From an uncultured Methanosarcinales archaeon (lineage in GTDB: Archaea; Nanobdellota; Nanobdellia; Woesearchaeales; CAZYIM01): a DNA stretch of 42,121 nucleotides. Of this stretch, positions 1-9,849 are shown piece after piece. Below the pieces are notes generated by a model that did not search any database, was not told the DNA's origin, and was given only the letters and a program-made list of their open reading frames with translations. Numbering within the stretch: position 1 is the stretch's first letter; each line of letters opens with the position of its first letter. A program made the position numbers and the translations under genes. The stretch spans positions 1 to 42,121 of the forward strand of contig CAZYIM010000024.1 of NCBI GenBank assembly GCA_964647565.1, written 5' to 3'.

Positions 1-2121
1 AAAGAAGTTTCTCCATCAAAATTTCCAATGATTCAACCCTCAAATGTCGCAGACTACTTGACAAAAAAAAGTGTAATAGACTTGCCTGAGTGGTATTCTA
101 ACACCTTTATCCCCAAAATCTTGCCGGGCATAATTATACCTCAATCAGCAGCAAAGGACAATCCGGTCAAGCTCGATAAAATATCTCTTATCAATAAGAA
201 AACAAACACTGTGGAAAAAATAATCAAGTTTAACTCAGGCATCTCTTCTGATGAATCCTACAGCCTTATGCCTGACTCTCCTGGAAGCGAGAACAATCTT
301 TACAAGGGAAAATATACCTTGCGCCGTGTTGACAGTTGCGACAGTTCTGGGTCTGATTGTTACATGTTGGCGGATTTTTACTATGACGCAGAACATAAAG
401 GTGCATGTAGTGATCAACCAAGGAGCAAGGTTGTGATGAACAGGGTTGAACTACATATCACAGGGGAAGGGGAAAAAAGGCTTAAATCATATCCATTAAA
501 AGACTTGGGCTGGGATTGTGAGCATCCTGAATTAAAATTCAATCTACAAGCTGACTCTTCTGAAAGAGGCGGTTGGGATTTTGGTGTTTTTACGTGGATA
601 ACTATTACAGATCCTCAAGGAAATACCATTCATAAATCCGGCGCAAAGACCACATCTGGTAAGGGGAGACGTTCTTCTCTTGTTTCTTTTAAATTTAATC
701 CTGGCAAATATTCCTTAAGTGAACTTACCCTGAATGTTTATGGCTATAAGTGCGGCACAAGCAAAGATGTGGATCATCATTTCCGTACCTGTTGGGGCAA
801 AGCAAAAGCTTCAGACAATATAAGGCTTGAATACCTTGGTGTTGAGACAGTAAACTCTCTTGGATGGAGTAATCCTTCATATGATAAGGATCAGCATGAT
901 ACTTGGGGGTTGTTCTGGACGCAAGGGGGTCCTTTGGATCATAACGGACCTAATGCATTTGGATCGAAATTCTCTCCAGAAGGATTTGGCCTTGCAGATG
1001 CGTGGGTATTAAAGACTTTGCGCGTTGCAAGCGGCGCAAACATCAGTTGGGAATATGAGGTGGATGATTGGTTTACTTCAAGGGGTGATGTGTTTCAGCC
1101 TTTGTACGGAAAATATCTTAATTATTATGCCTACATGCGAAATAAGGCACAGCCAGATGATACTCTATGTCAAAATAACTATGGAGGTGGCTTGAAGGTT
1201 ACAAGTGAGACTAAGTGTGATGGTGTGTCTTCTTGTATAAAAACCAACTATGATTATTCAGTCTACGACCCGTCTTTGAAATGCTTCCGAAGTGCAGGTG
1301 CCATCGATACAGTCCCCTACGCACCTCCTAGTACATACAATGATTATGATATTCGTAGGCCAGGGCACATGGGCTCTGAATATGGGGTCGGGTCTGTGTT
1401 CTATAACCAGGTTAAGGTTATGCCTGATGACCAAGATACATATCAGGCGTTCAAGTATTTCACAGTTGATAGCACGCCAGAGAGTACTGATGGTGCGACT
1501 GATGTTAACATGATGGACGATTTTGGAGGCAACACACCTCATGACTTTGATGAATTGGGTAGTTCCGCCAATACTCCTCAGCCCTGGAAAAGAGGCCAGG
1601 AATATTGGATAGGTTACTATTCAACCAACCCTGCATTAGGCCGTAACGGACTTTTAAGGGAGGTTAAGCGATCTTTCACGTCACACGAGCACATAAAATA
1701 CTTTTTTCAGGATGTAAAACTTATTGCAGTACATCCTTTGAAGATAGTTCAGGAGGAAATAGACTTCCCTGATGCAGAATATGATGGGAAGAGATATGGA
1801 AAGTTCTATGGTGCAAGCTCCGGAACCATGAGAGTCTCAAATACATCTATGATCCTGTATGATCCTGGAGCTGGCGAGCAGTTCCAAATTGATAACTTTT
1901 TTGAGTATGATCCATATTCCGGACAGCCCAATAAGATAACCCTTGTTTCAGATGATATTACCAAAGTCATGACTATTAAATACGCTTTCGAGACAAACCC
2001 TATTTTGCTTGCCAGGCATATTTTGTCTCCTGTCTATGAAACAACATCTTATGAGGATGAAGAGGCTCCTGGTAATGCCCTAATATCAAAACAAATTATT
2101 TACAAGAATTTTGCTGATTAA
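1..2121 (+). CDS. 5'-truncated large protein, probable N-terminal/mid part of an RHS/YD-repeat shell
   Basis: Frame is open from base 1 (KEVSPSKFP before the ATG at 28). Motifs LKTLRVASGANISWEYE, GGGLKVTS..D..TNYDY, VFYNQVKV and FFEYDPYSGQP recall the beta-strand repeats of YD/RHS proteins. The stop is 2 nt before the next ATG. Confidence 0.55.
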   Translation, partial: KEVSPSKFPMIQPSNVADYLTKKSVIDLPEWYSNTFIPKILPGIIIPQSAAKDNPVKLDKISLINKKTNTVEKIIKFNSGISSDESYSLMPDSPGSENNLYKGKYTLRRVDSCDSSGSDCYMLADFYYDAEHKGACSDQPRSKVVMNRVELHITGEGEKRLKSYPLKDLGWDCEHPELKFNLQADSSERGGWDFGVFTWITITDPQGNTIHKSGAKTTSGKGRRSSLVSFKFNPGKYSLSELTLNVYGYKCGTSKDVDHHFRTCWGKAKASDNIRLEYLGVETVNSLGWSNPSYDKDQHDTWGLFWTQGGPLDHNGPNAFGSKFSPEGFGLADAWVLKTLRVASGANISWEYEVDDWFTSRGDVFQPLYGKYLNYYAYMRNKAQPDDTLCQNNYGGGLKVTSETKCDGVSSCIKTNYDYSVYDPSLKCFRSAGAIDTVPYAPPSTYNDYDIRRPGHMGSEYGVGSVFYNQVKVMPDDQDTYQAFKYFTVDSTPESTDGATDVNMMDDFGGNTPHDFDELGSSANTPQPWKRGQEYWIGYYSTNPALGRNGLLREVKRSFTSHEHIKYFFQDVKLIAVHPLKIVQEEIDFPDAEYDGKRYGKFYGASSGTMRVSNTSMILYDPGAGEQFQIDNFFEYDPYSGQPNKITLVSDDITKVMTIKYAFETNPILLARHILSPVYETTSYEDEEAPGNALISKQIIYKNFAD

Positions 2122-2123
2122 AA

Positions 2124-3437
2124 ATGGATAACAAGAAAACTTTGTGTTGGTCAGGATTGATTATTTTGATTTTAGTAGTCCTGATCTTGCATTTGGCTCT
2201 TGTTACCGCCGTTGATACAGGCAAAGACTGTATCTGTGTTGAGAAAGAGGAATATGAAGATGAAGATAGAGACTATTTTTGTGCAGCATCGTGTACGCCT
2301 CAAAACGGTAACCCCAGTAATTACAAAGTTACAGAAGATCGCTGCGAACTGGGAGAGTATGGTCAGGATAGATGTGAAGGATATTGCATCTGCGAGCGCA
2401 TACCAAATGTATGTGGTGATAGGATTTGCGATAACACTGAAACAAAGTTCTCATGCCCCACTGACTGCACTGTGGTTTGTGGAGACATGATTTGCTCACC
2501 AGGAGAATCAGGTTCTTGCAGAAAGGATTGTAGGGTTACTATTAATGAACAGTGGAGGATTTCTGAGGAGAGAACATGGCTTGATATCAATGAGGATGGT
2601 GTGATATCTAAGGATGCAGACGGTCATTATGCATATCCAGATGATTATACATCCACCAAGATTGCAGCGTATGACCCTTTTGGGAATGTGCTTGAAACTG
2701 TTGACGAACTGGGAACCAGTACCTATTTTATTTATGATAATCTCAACTGGAAAGCTGTCAAGGGTTACACAGAAGGTTTTGGATCCGCGCTCCAGCCCCG
2801 TTGGCAGAAGACCTACTATGATAACGGCTTGTTAAAGGATGTTATCAACGAGAATAATGAGATGACAACAAGATACTATGACCGCAAAGAATATCTTGAA
2901 CGCATAGTGACCAGCCCAGATGATAGTTATGATTTGCCTTCTAAGATATATGAAGTCAGTTTTAGTACGAAGCAGGGAGATTTGTCTTATGTAAAGACTC
3001 GTACTAAATTGGAGCCTGGAAAATATGCGATGACAGTTTCATATTCTGATGGGTTTGGACAGGTAATTCAGACCCAGAAACAGTTAGAAGGTGATAATTT
3101 CATAATACAAAATATAGATTATGACAGCTATGGAAATCAGAAGCATCTTTATTTTCCTTTTATTGAAAATACTGGTGGCGCATATACAACAACAAAGGGT
3201 GATATTAGGGAAAGCTATGGGTATTTTACTTTTGAGAAGAGTAGTGTTAAATCCTTTGAACGCAGAGATGGTTCAACTAAAAAGTATTATTATGGAGTCA
3301 CTTCCAATCAGCCATTTGTAATGTTTGAAGATGAGAACAAAAATACCTGGTTTTACAGGTTCGATCCTTTTGGTAATGTGTTGAGTGCTGAAGAAGGATT
3401 AAACCAGAATTTTGGTTTGGTGAGTGTTGAAGAATGA
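2124..3437 (+). CDS. Secreted Cys-rich protein with RHS/YD-repeat segment
   Basis: N-terminal hydrophobic signal (LIILILVVLILHLALVTA), CGDxIC...E...SCxxDC repeats, then YD-type repeats from about 2547: YDPFGNVLETVDELG, YSDGFGQVIQT, YDSYGNQ, FDPFGNVL. Confidence 0.75.
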   Translation: MDNKKTLCWSGLIILILVVLILHLALVTAVDTGKDCICVEKEEYEDEDRDYFCAASCTPQNGNPSNYKVTEDRCELGEYGQDRCEGYCICERIPNVCGDRICDNTETKFSCPTDCTVVCGDMICSPGESGSCRKDCRVTINEQWRISEERTWLDINEDGVISKDADGHYAYPDDYTSTKIAAYDPFGNVLETVDELGTSTYFIYDNLNWKAVKGYTEGFGSALQPRWQKTYYDNGLLKDVINENNEMTTRYYDRKEYLERIVTSPDDSYDLPSKIYEVSFSTKQGDLSYVKTRTKLEPGKYAMTVSYSDGFGQVIQTQKQLEGDNFIIQNIDYDSYGNQKHLYFPFIENTGGAYTTTKGDIRESYGYFTFEKSSVKSFERRDGSTKKYYYGVTSNQPFVMFEDENKNTWFYRFDPFGNVLSAEEGLNQNFGLVSVEE

Positions 3438-4579
3438 ACTTAAAACGTAAACTTGGTGTGCTGGTTTTGGTTTTGATACTGATAACTCTACTCCCCTTTT
3501 CAGCTGCATTGACAGAAAAAAACTGCGGAGATTTTGAACACAAGGGATTTTGGACAAAGTCTCTGCTTACTCATCTAGTAGATCCCCAGGGTAAGGATGT
3601 AGGTAGAGAGCAGGTTACATTTGACAATCATGACGGAAATTTTATGCCAGGATGGCTTCTTTCATTTGGTGGATATGGAACTGGTTGCTCTGATAATCAA
3701 ACAATAGTCTTTGAAATGCTTGACGATCTTGGTAAAATTTATACCAGGTACAAATGTCCTTGCTACAACTTAGATGGTATAGAGAGATACTGTTTGGGCA
3801 CTTTTAAAGCAGCTGATAAGGAACAGCTCGCGACCTTTACCAGATGTTACTCTCCTCATGAGCATCCTGCTGTTTGTAAAGCAGTAGGAGGATTCTGGTC
3901 AAATCAGGAGAACAATGCTTGTTGTGGAGATGAGTCAAATGAAAATTGGGATCCATATCTTAGAACCTGCTGCGCAGATTCAGTCTATAATAAGAACCCC
4001 AAAGACAGTTGTTGTGATCCTTCTGCTGTGTCAGGTCTGTTCCAATGTACAGATTCGTCTGTATGTGACAGCTGCAGCGAAAAAGGGCCTTGTTACTGTC
4101 CTTTTGGTTGTGAAAAAGAGGAAGGAGCCTTTGTTAGTGATGGTCAGAAATGCGGCAAACCCTCTGTTTGTGGTTCCTGCACTTCAAGTGACTCTGTGAA
4201 CTGCAGATGCCCAGATGATTGTTTAAGGCCAAAAAATGTAGTTGTCAGTCCTGCTACAACCTGTGGCGGCTCAGCATATACTATTAAATATACCTATGTC
4301 CGAGATATTCTAGGTAATATACTCTCAATAGTCACACCTCTCAATCTGGTCAAGGAATATGTTTATAACAACGTAGGGTGGATTAGGAGAGTTGTCGATC
4401 CAAATCTTGGCATAACCTCTTTTTCAAGGAATAAAGCTGGCTTAGTTGCTAATTATACGTCGCCATCCGGAGTCATGTGGAATATTACGCTTGATGCGCT
4501 TGGAAGGTCTGTCCTTACTTGGACAGGAGGAGGACCTCCTGAGAGTGAAACCAAAGGCTCTGTGGCAGAGAAAAAATGA
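3434..4579 (+). CDS. Secreted Cys-rich protein with short C-terminal RHS/YD-repeat segment
   Basis: ATGA overlap with the upstream gene, signal peptide, Cys-rich middle (CCGDE, CxCPxxC). C-terminus from about 4277 reads YTIKYTYVRDILGNILSI..YNNVGWIRRVVDPNLG..LDALGR. Confidence 0.72.
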   Translation: MNLKRKLGVLVLVLILITLLPFSAALTEKNCGDFEHKGFWTKSLLTHLVDPQGKDVGREQVTFDNHDGNFMPGWLLSFGGYGTGCSDNQTIVFEMLDDLGKIYTRYKCPCYNLDGIERYCLGTFKAADKEQLATFTRCYSPHEHPAVCKAVGGFWSNQENNACCGDESNENWDPYLRTCCADSVYNKNPKDSCCDPSAVSGLFQCTDSSVCDSCSEKGPCYCPFGCEKEEGAFVSDGQKCGKPSVCGSCTSSDSVNCRCPDDCLRPKNVVVSPATTCGGSAYTIKYTYVRDILGNILSIVTPLNLVKEYVYNNVGWIRRVVDPNLGITSFSRNKAGLVANYTSPSGVMWNITLDALGRSVLTWTGGGPPESETKGSVAEKK

Positions 4580-7500
4580 AAATAAAGAATAAAAATACTT
4601 GTTTAAGATTGCAGCTGTTTATACTAGTGTTCTTATTAGTCCTATTAGCTCTTTCTTCCGCACAAGTCCAGGTTCCAGAAATTGCGGCAGCCTATAAAGT
4701 CTCTTACTTTGATGCAGATCCAAAATGCCTTTTCACATATCATTCCATTGGTCGGGTTTGTATGGCTGAGAATGAGCAGTCTATCTATATGCCTGTTTAT
4801 GATTCTTCTGGAAGAGTCAATTCAGAGATACATGTTTACAAGAACAACAATCTGCTGATCGATGGAGGCTTTGATTCTAATATAACAGAACTTCTCTATA
4901 TGAAAGATGATTGGGTGTCTCTTGTCAAGGATGGCTGTTACGAGGGCTTCTGCGCAAAACTGCATGTCCCTAATATGAAATCAGGAAATATGCCTGATTA
5001 TGCTGATGTTGCTTTCCTTCCCGTTGTTTATAATGAAGTTGGGGCGCATACAGTCTCTTTTTATGCCAAAGAGAATGAGTTAAACACACCGGTTTCCTTG
5101 AAAATTAACTATTATGAAGGCCCTTATACTCCTTCAAATCGACGTATGGAACAAAGAATCGGAGCAGACACTTATTATTTCAAGCCAACAGATGAATGGA
5201 AGCGTTATTATGTTGAGTTGGATACCATACCTGTCAACACAAAGTATATTGTTGTTCAGCTGTTCTTAAGTTCAAATGATTATCCTCGGTCAGGAGCTGT
5301 CAGGCGATACTGCTTGATAGATAATGTACAATATGAGATTCAAAAACCAACAGGAGAACTCATGCCCACTCCGTTTGAGCGGTCAACATATGTAGTTGAG
5401 TATAAGTACTATAGTGATGGCAGGGTCGCTCAACTCATAGATCCCGGCAATGTCCGTAGGATTTTTATCCACGATCTTCTTGGCAGAGTCACGCAAATAG
5501 ATGCAGATATTGATAATGATGGTGTTGTTGACCAGACAATTGCGAACTATAAATATGATGTGCAGTCATTGTTGACTGAAAAATCTCTTGCAGATATAGC
5601 AACAGTTGAATATAAATATAATCCAAGGGGATTGCTTGATTATTATTCTGCGTATTGGAAAGGCATGACCTTGATTGAAGAAAACTTATCATATGATCCC
5701 TCAGGTAATCTGAGAAACATTGAGTCTCAAGGAGGGTTTGGAGCATCTCTTTTCTATGATGCGCTTCACAGGTTGGTGTCTGTTCAGGATACGGGTTATT
5801 ATATCAACTCAATCGATTTTGATTATTCTGACGAAGGTGATCGTTTGAAGAAAAATTCTCAGCAATACATTTACTATCCTGGGAGCAATAAGCTTAAGAC
5901 AGACGGCCTTTGTGACTATACGTATGATGTGTCAGGAAGAGTCAGTTCGGTTGTCTGTGATGATGGATATGCTCTGTACAGCTACACGCTTGAGGGTGAT
6001 ATTGCTGGCGTGTCTTACTTTGACAACCAGGACATCTTGAAGTATAGGACGGAATATAAATATAATGTTGATGATGATCTGGTAATCAAGTCTGCATTTA
6101 CAGATAGGTATTACTATGAAAACAGCTATCTGGTCAGGGATTCTTCAGATGAAATAATATATCAAGAGCATTATAAATACTGCAGTGCAGATGATTATCT
6201 GAACAATTCATATATCAAATCCCCTGACTGTTGCATGGACAATCTTTCGGCAACATTCTTTGATGGATCGAGTGCGTTAGCAGGATCATTTGATTGGCTT
6301 GTATGGGGTGAACAATTTGCAGGTGTTGATTATGAAATTGGAGAGACTGAATGCTGTGGTGATGATCTAAATGAGAGTGCTTCAGCCTACAGGGATTGGG
6401 ATCCAACTGTTGGCTTTTGTTATGCGCCAGATAATGGCTGTGATGGTACTACTAGAACCAATTTGGATGATGCCGCCTGCTGCGCTTCGCCATCTGTGAA
6501 TCCTGATTGTGTATTCAATGGAACCTGTTATGCAATATCAGAATTCGCTGACATAAAGGATGCCTTAGATGATGATCCTGATTCGAGTTCTGATAAAGAA
6601 TTGTGTGTAGGATTTGGCAATGTCTCTGTTTGGCAGGACGCAGATATAGGTGACAGCAACAGGCAAGGTCAAACTTATTGTGAACTTTTCTGGAATCAGA
6701 CATGGGTTTCTGAGAATGTTCCTTGTGAACCTGCCGATAGATGGGGATCTAAAGAGGATGATTATTGTGATGATACACTTGCAGGATTAGATCCTCAAAC
6801 ACAGGAAGGTGTTTCTGAGAACTATTGCTGTGGAGATGATAGGCTTGAATTCTACAAGTGTAATCCTGAGGATGAGACTGACTGTGCTTGCTGTGATTCA
6901 GACCAGGATGTTGTTTTTGAAAGTGTTTGTTATAACAGAGGTCTATGGGATGCATCTATGGATGCTGCTCAATCAGGACCTCCCTTTGAGTGGGAGCATG
7001 ACGGAATATTATTTGGCCCTGAGCGTACTGAAGACTGGGCAGAAGAAGTCAATGCGTATCTTGAGAAATGTTACCTAAACGAGATCAATTGCACTTGCTT
7101 TGCAGATCAGATCTGTCTTGTTCCAATCAACTTTACTGCAAAATATGGTGACTTGATGGCAAGTGAACTGAAAGTTGCTTACACTCTAGATGAGGCGCCT
7201 AGTTGTGGAGTTCCTGATTTTTATTTTCAAGAAGGGGATACTATTGATATTAATACAGCAGATTATATTAGTTCAGCTGATCATGATCCACTAAAAATTA
7301 CGCTGTCTCCTTCGCACGTATTTACGAACACAGGTGGGAATGTAGTAGCAAAAAGTTTGAACATGAGACCTGCTAAATATGGCATTTACAAGTTCCATGT
7401 TGTTGCTGCTGAAGAAACACGTTATTCTTTGAGTTGCGAACAGGATTTCTATGTGTATGTTCAATTCCTGAATAATCGTCCGTGGATAAGAGCTCCTGTT

Positions 7501-9777
7501 GAGATCAATGTCACAGAGACTGAAACAGTGGCCTTTACAGTTGAAGCAGGTGATATTGATGGTGATCCTGTTTTGGTTCTTGAGAACTTTTCTAATGTTC
7601 AACCAGGATATAGGCAACTGCCTCTTGATGCAACTTTCGATAGGACTTCTTGGCAATTTTCCTGGACAACTGATTATAATAGTTCAGGCCCTTCACATGA
7701 TTATGCATACATGTTATATTTCAAATCTGTGGAAAATGTCCCGAATAGGGAACCTGTGTCAAGCCAAGACGTATTCACAATCATTCGGGTTTTGAACAAA
7801 AACAGACCTCCTGTTCTTGAGGTTCCTGATATGCGTGTTCAAGAGGGTGATACCTTGAGTTTCAACCTTTCAGCAATGGTTAATGATCCTGACACAGAAG
7901 ATGATTTGATATTCCTTACAAATGCAGTTAGTGTGATACAGATTAATGAGGACGGTGATCCAGGGACTGGTGTTTTGTCGTTTGATAATGCTGAAGGTTT
8001 TTTTAGTTTTACGCCTGATTATGGACAGGCAAATAACATTCATTCAGAGAGGGTTTATGAAGTCAATTTCGTTGTTATTGATTCTGAGGGTGGCTTTGAT
8101 AATAAGACTGTAGATATTGTTGTTGAGAATAACAATAGAAAACCAAATATCACACAGCCTATTGAGAATACTTTTGCTGTTGCAGAAGGAGCATCATTGA
8201 CATTTCTAATTACTGGTACTGATAGGGATGTGCTTGTTGACGGTGATTTTATAAATCTTACCGCTTCAGGGACAGTACCGGATCTTCAAAGTAAGATACT
8301 CTTTGAGAGCGAAAAAGGTCTAACCCTTTTAGATTACAGTAAGAGTTGGAGTTTTACGTGGAATCTGGGATTTGAGGATAGTGGAACATACTTCCTTGAT
8401 CTCTTGCTCTATGATCGTGGGATTGCATATGACACTAAGAATATAACTATCGAAGTTGTAGATACTAACAGAGCTCCTTGGATAGATATTCCAGATCAGG
8501 TTATGTTTATGGGCGAAACTTTGTTATTGGACCTGGATAATCATTCCTATGATCCTGATGACGATGCACTAAGCTATGTTTTGATAGATGCTGCTCCTGG
8601 AAAGATTGGTTGTGTTGTCAAAGACAATGAACTGACTATTCAACCAAGTTCTGATTATTTTAATCAGCCATTTAATCCTGAGTCTCCGATACCTGCAACA
8701 TGTAGTGTTGGTGTGAATGATGGAAAAGGAGGTGAAGACACATCAACTTTCAATATAACTGTTATCCGTGTCAATAAGTTGCCTGCTGTGGATCTGGTTT
8801 CAGATGTTTACACAGGTATTGCACCTCTTACTATTAGGTTTCGTTGTAGTGCCGAATCAGGTGATGAACCATACAACTTTAGCTGGGATTTTGGTGACTC
8901 AAGTTCTAATTTAGGTATAACAAATCCTTCCATAAAAGAGCATACATTTACTAACGTGGGAAACTACACTGTACGGTGTACAGCAACAGACAGTTGGACT
9001 AATATTTCTGGGTTGAGAGGTGATTCTGCAGTTGATTCTGTGAATATTACAGTCAAAAAGAGGGAAACTTTAAGATATACATTGCGAATACCTATTGGTA
9101 CTTATGTGAGGTGTGATAGAGAGCCAAGGACAAGTTCTGCTGTGATCGATTCACTTGATTGCTCTGGCAACTATACATTCCGTATAGAGATTGAGAGAGG
9201 GCACTGTAGGCACTGGCTGACCAAGGATGGCTACAGAGGTGTTGAGGGTAGCATCATAGCTTGGACTGGTGACGTCTATACACCCTCTCAAGCCAGACAA
9301 TACCAGAGAGATTGCTACTACAATTTAGAAGGTGGGGGAGATCCGAGAGATGGTGACCAGTGCCATGTGGCCTACAATCTGACCAGTGGGACTGCGATCT
9401 GGAGAAATGGGGAATATGGTAAGCCCGCTTACTATTATGTTGATCCTGTAACTGGCAAGGAGATTTGGGATGCTTCCTGGTTAAGGTTCTGTCAGCTCCA
9501 GAATAACGAAGAGGTTCAGATTAAAATGTCCTATGCAAGCCACAACCAATTTATTTGGGAGGGATACTCTGAGGATGATGATGCAGCTTGGGTCGAAGCA
9601 ACACACTATTTCGGTAATATCGCGCCAGTCTACATTGAAAGAAATAAACCCCTTAAACTGGATTTCACTCATGGATATGTAATTGATAAGACTCATTGTA
9701 CTAGATCTGCGGGCAGTATAGGCTTTCAGGTCATATATTTTGAGTCAGATGATTATGATATTTCTTGCAATCCCTAG
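4576..9777 (+). CDS. Large secreted protein: RHS/YD repeats with a CBM-like insert, CCGDD Cys-rich region, Ig/cadherin-like repeats, PKD domain
   Basis: Signal peptide. YD repeats at about 4690-6175 (YDSSGRV, HDLLGRV, YNPRGLL, YDPSGNL, YDALHRL, YDVSGRV). Insert NLLIDGGFD..VSFYAK..WKRY..IDNVQ. Repeats begin NRPW/NRPP/NRKP/NRAP/NKLP. PKD motif SWDFGD at about 8881. Confidence 0.78.
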   Translation: MKIKNKNTCLRLQLFILVFLLVLLALSSAQVQVPEIAAAYKVSYFDADPKCLFTYHSIGRVCMAENEQSIYMPVYDSSGRVNSEIHVYKNNNLLIDGGFDSNITELLYMKDDWVSLVKDGCYEGFCAKLHVPNMKSGNMPDYADVAFLPVVYNEVGAHTVSFYAKENELNTPVSLKINYYEGPYTPSNRRMEQRIGADTYYFKPTDEWKRYYVELDTIPVNTKYIVVQLFLSSNDYPRSGAVRRYCLIDNVQYEIQKPTGELMPTPFERSTYVVEYKYYSDGRVAQLIDPGNVRRIFIHDLLGRVTQIDADIDNDGVVDQTIANYKYDVQSLLTEKSLADIATVEYKYNPRGLLDYYSAYWKGMTLIEENLSYDPSGNLRNIESQGGFGASLFYDALHRLVSVQDTGYYINSIDFDYSDEGDRLKKNSQQYIYYPGSNKLKTDGLCDYTYDVSGRVSSVVCDDGYALYSYTLEGDIAGVSYFDNQDILKYRTEYKYNVDDDLVIKSAFTDRYYYENSYLVRDSSDEIIYQEHYKYCSADDYLNNSYIKSPDCCMDNLSATFFDGSSALAGSFDWLVWGEQFAGVDYEIGETECCGDDLNESASAYRDWDPTVGFCYAPDNGCDGTTRTNLDDAACCASPSVNPDCVFNGTCYAISEFADIKDALDDDPDSSSDKELCVGFGNVSVWQDADIGDSNRQGQTYCELFWNQTWVSENVPCEPADRWGSKEDDYCDDTLAGLDPQTQEGVSENYCCGDDRLEFYKCNPEDETDCACCDSDQDVVFESVCYNRGLWDASMDAAQSGPPFEWEHDGILFGPERTEDWAEEVNAYLEKCYLNEINCTCFADQICLVPINFTAKYGDLMASELKVAYTLDEAPSCGVPDFYFQEGDTIDINTADYISSADHDPLKITLSPSHVFTNTGGNVVAKSLNMRPAKYGIYKFHVVAAEETRYSLSCEQDFYVYVQFLNNRPWIRAPVEINVTETETVAFTVEAGDIDGDPVLVLENFSNVQPGYRQLPLDATFDRTSWQFSWTTDYNSSGPSHDYAYMLYFKSVENVPNREPVSSQDVFTIIRVLNKNRPPVLEVPDMRVQEGDTLSFNLSAMVNDPDTEDDLIFLTNAVSVIQINEDGDPGTGVLSFDNAEGFFSFTPDYGQANNIHSERVYEVNFVVIDSEGGFDNKTVDIVVENNNRKPNITQPIENTFAVAEGASLTFLITGTDRDVLVDGDFINLTASGTVPDLQSKILFESEKGLTLLDYSKSWSFTWNLGFEDSGTYFLDLLLYDRGIAYDTKNITIEVVDTNRAPWIDIPDQVMFMGETLLLDLDNHSYDPDDDALSYVLIDAAPGKIGCVVKDNELTIQPSSDYFNQPFNPESPIPATCSVGVNDGKGGEDTSTFNITVIRVNKLPAVDLVSDVYTGIAPLTIRFRCSAESGDEPYNFSWDFGDSSSNLGITNPSIKEHTFTNVGNYTVRCTATDSWTNISGLRGDSAVDSVNITVKKRETLRYTLRIPIGTYVRCDREPRTSSAVIDSLDCSGNYTFRIEIERGHCRHWLTKDGYRGVEGSIIAWTGDVYTPSQARQYQRDCYYNLEGGGDPRDGDQCHVAYNLTSGTAIWRNGEYGKPAYYYVDPVTGKEIWDASWLRFCQLQNNEEVQIKMSYASHNQFIWEGYSEDDDAAWVEATHYFGNIAPVYIERNKPLKLDFTHGYVIDKTHCTRSAGSIGFQVIYFESDDYDISCNP

Positions 9778-9796
9778 TTTTTAGTCTATTTCTATA

Positions 9797-9810
9797 GCAA
9801 ACTATATATA
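9797..9810 (+). promoter_or_regulatory. Putative BRE/TATA promoter of the 2109-aa gene
   Basis: GCAAAC-TATATATA in the short intergenic gap; GAGGT RBS at 9839-9843 before GTG 9850. Confidence 0.5.
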
Positions 9811-9849
9811 TGAGAAGTTTTAAAATAAGAGTTAAAAAGAGGTTAAATT

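Noticed and set aside
2121..4579. RHS genes as a frameshifted pseudogene
   Set aside because: Each piece has its own signal peptide and a coupled start, with extra domains in between, which random decay would not produce.
9421..9460. PAYYYVDPVTG as an RHS autoproteolysis (PxxxxDPxG) site with a C-terminal toxin
   Set aside because: The spacing does not match, it lies more than 1000 aa after the YD repeats, the preceding RHS core motifs are missing, and no immunity-like gene follows.
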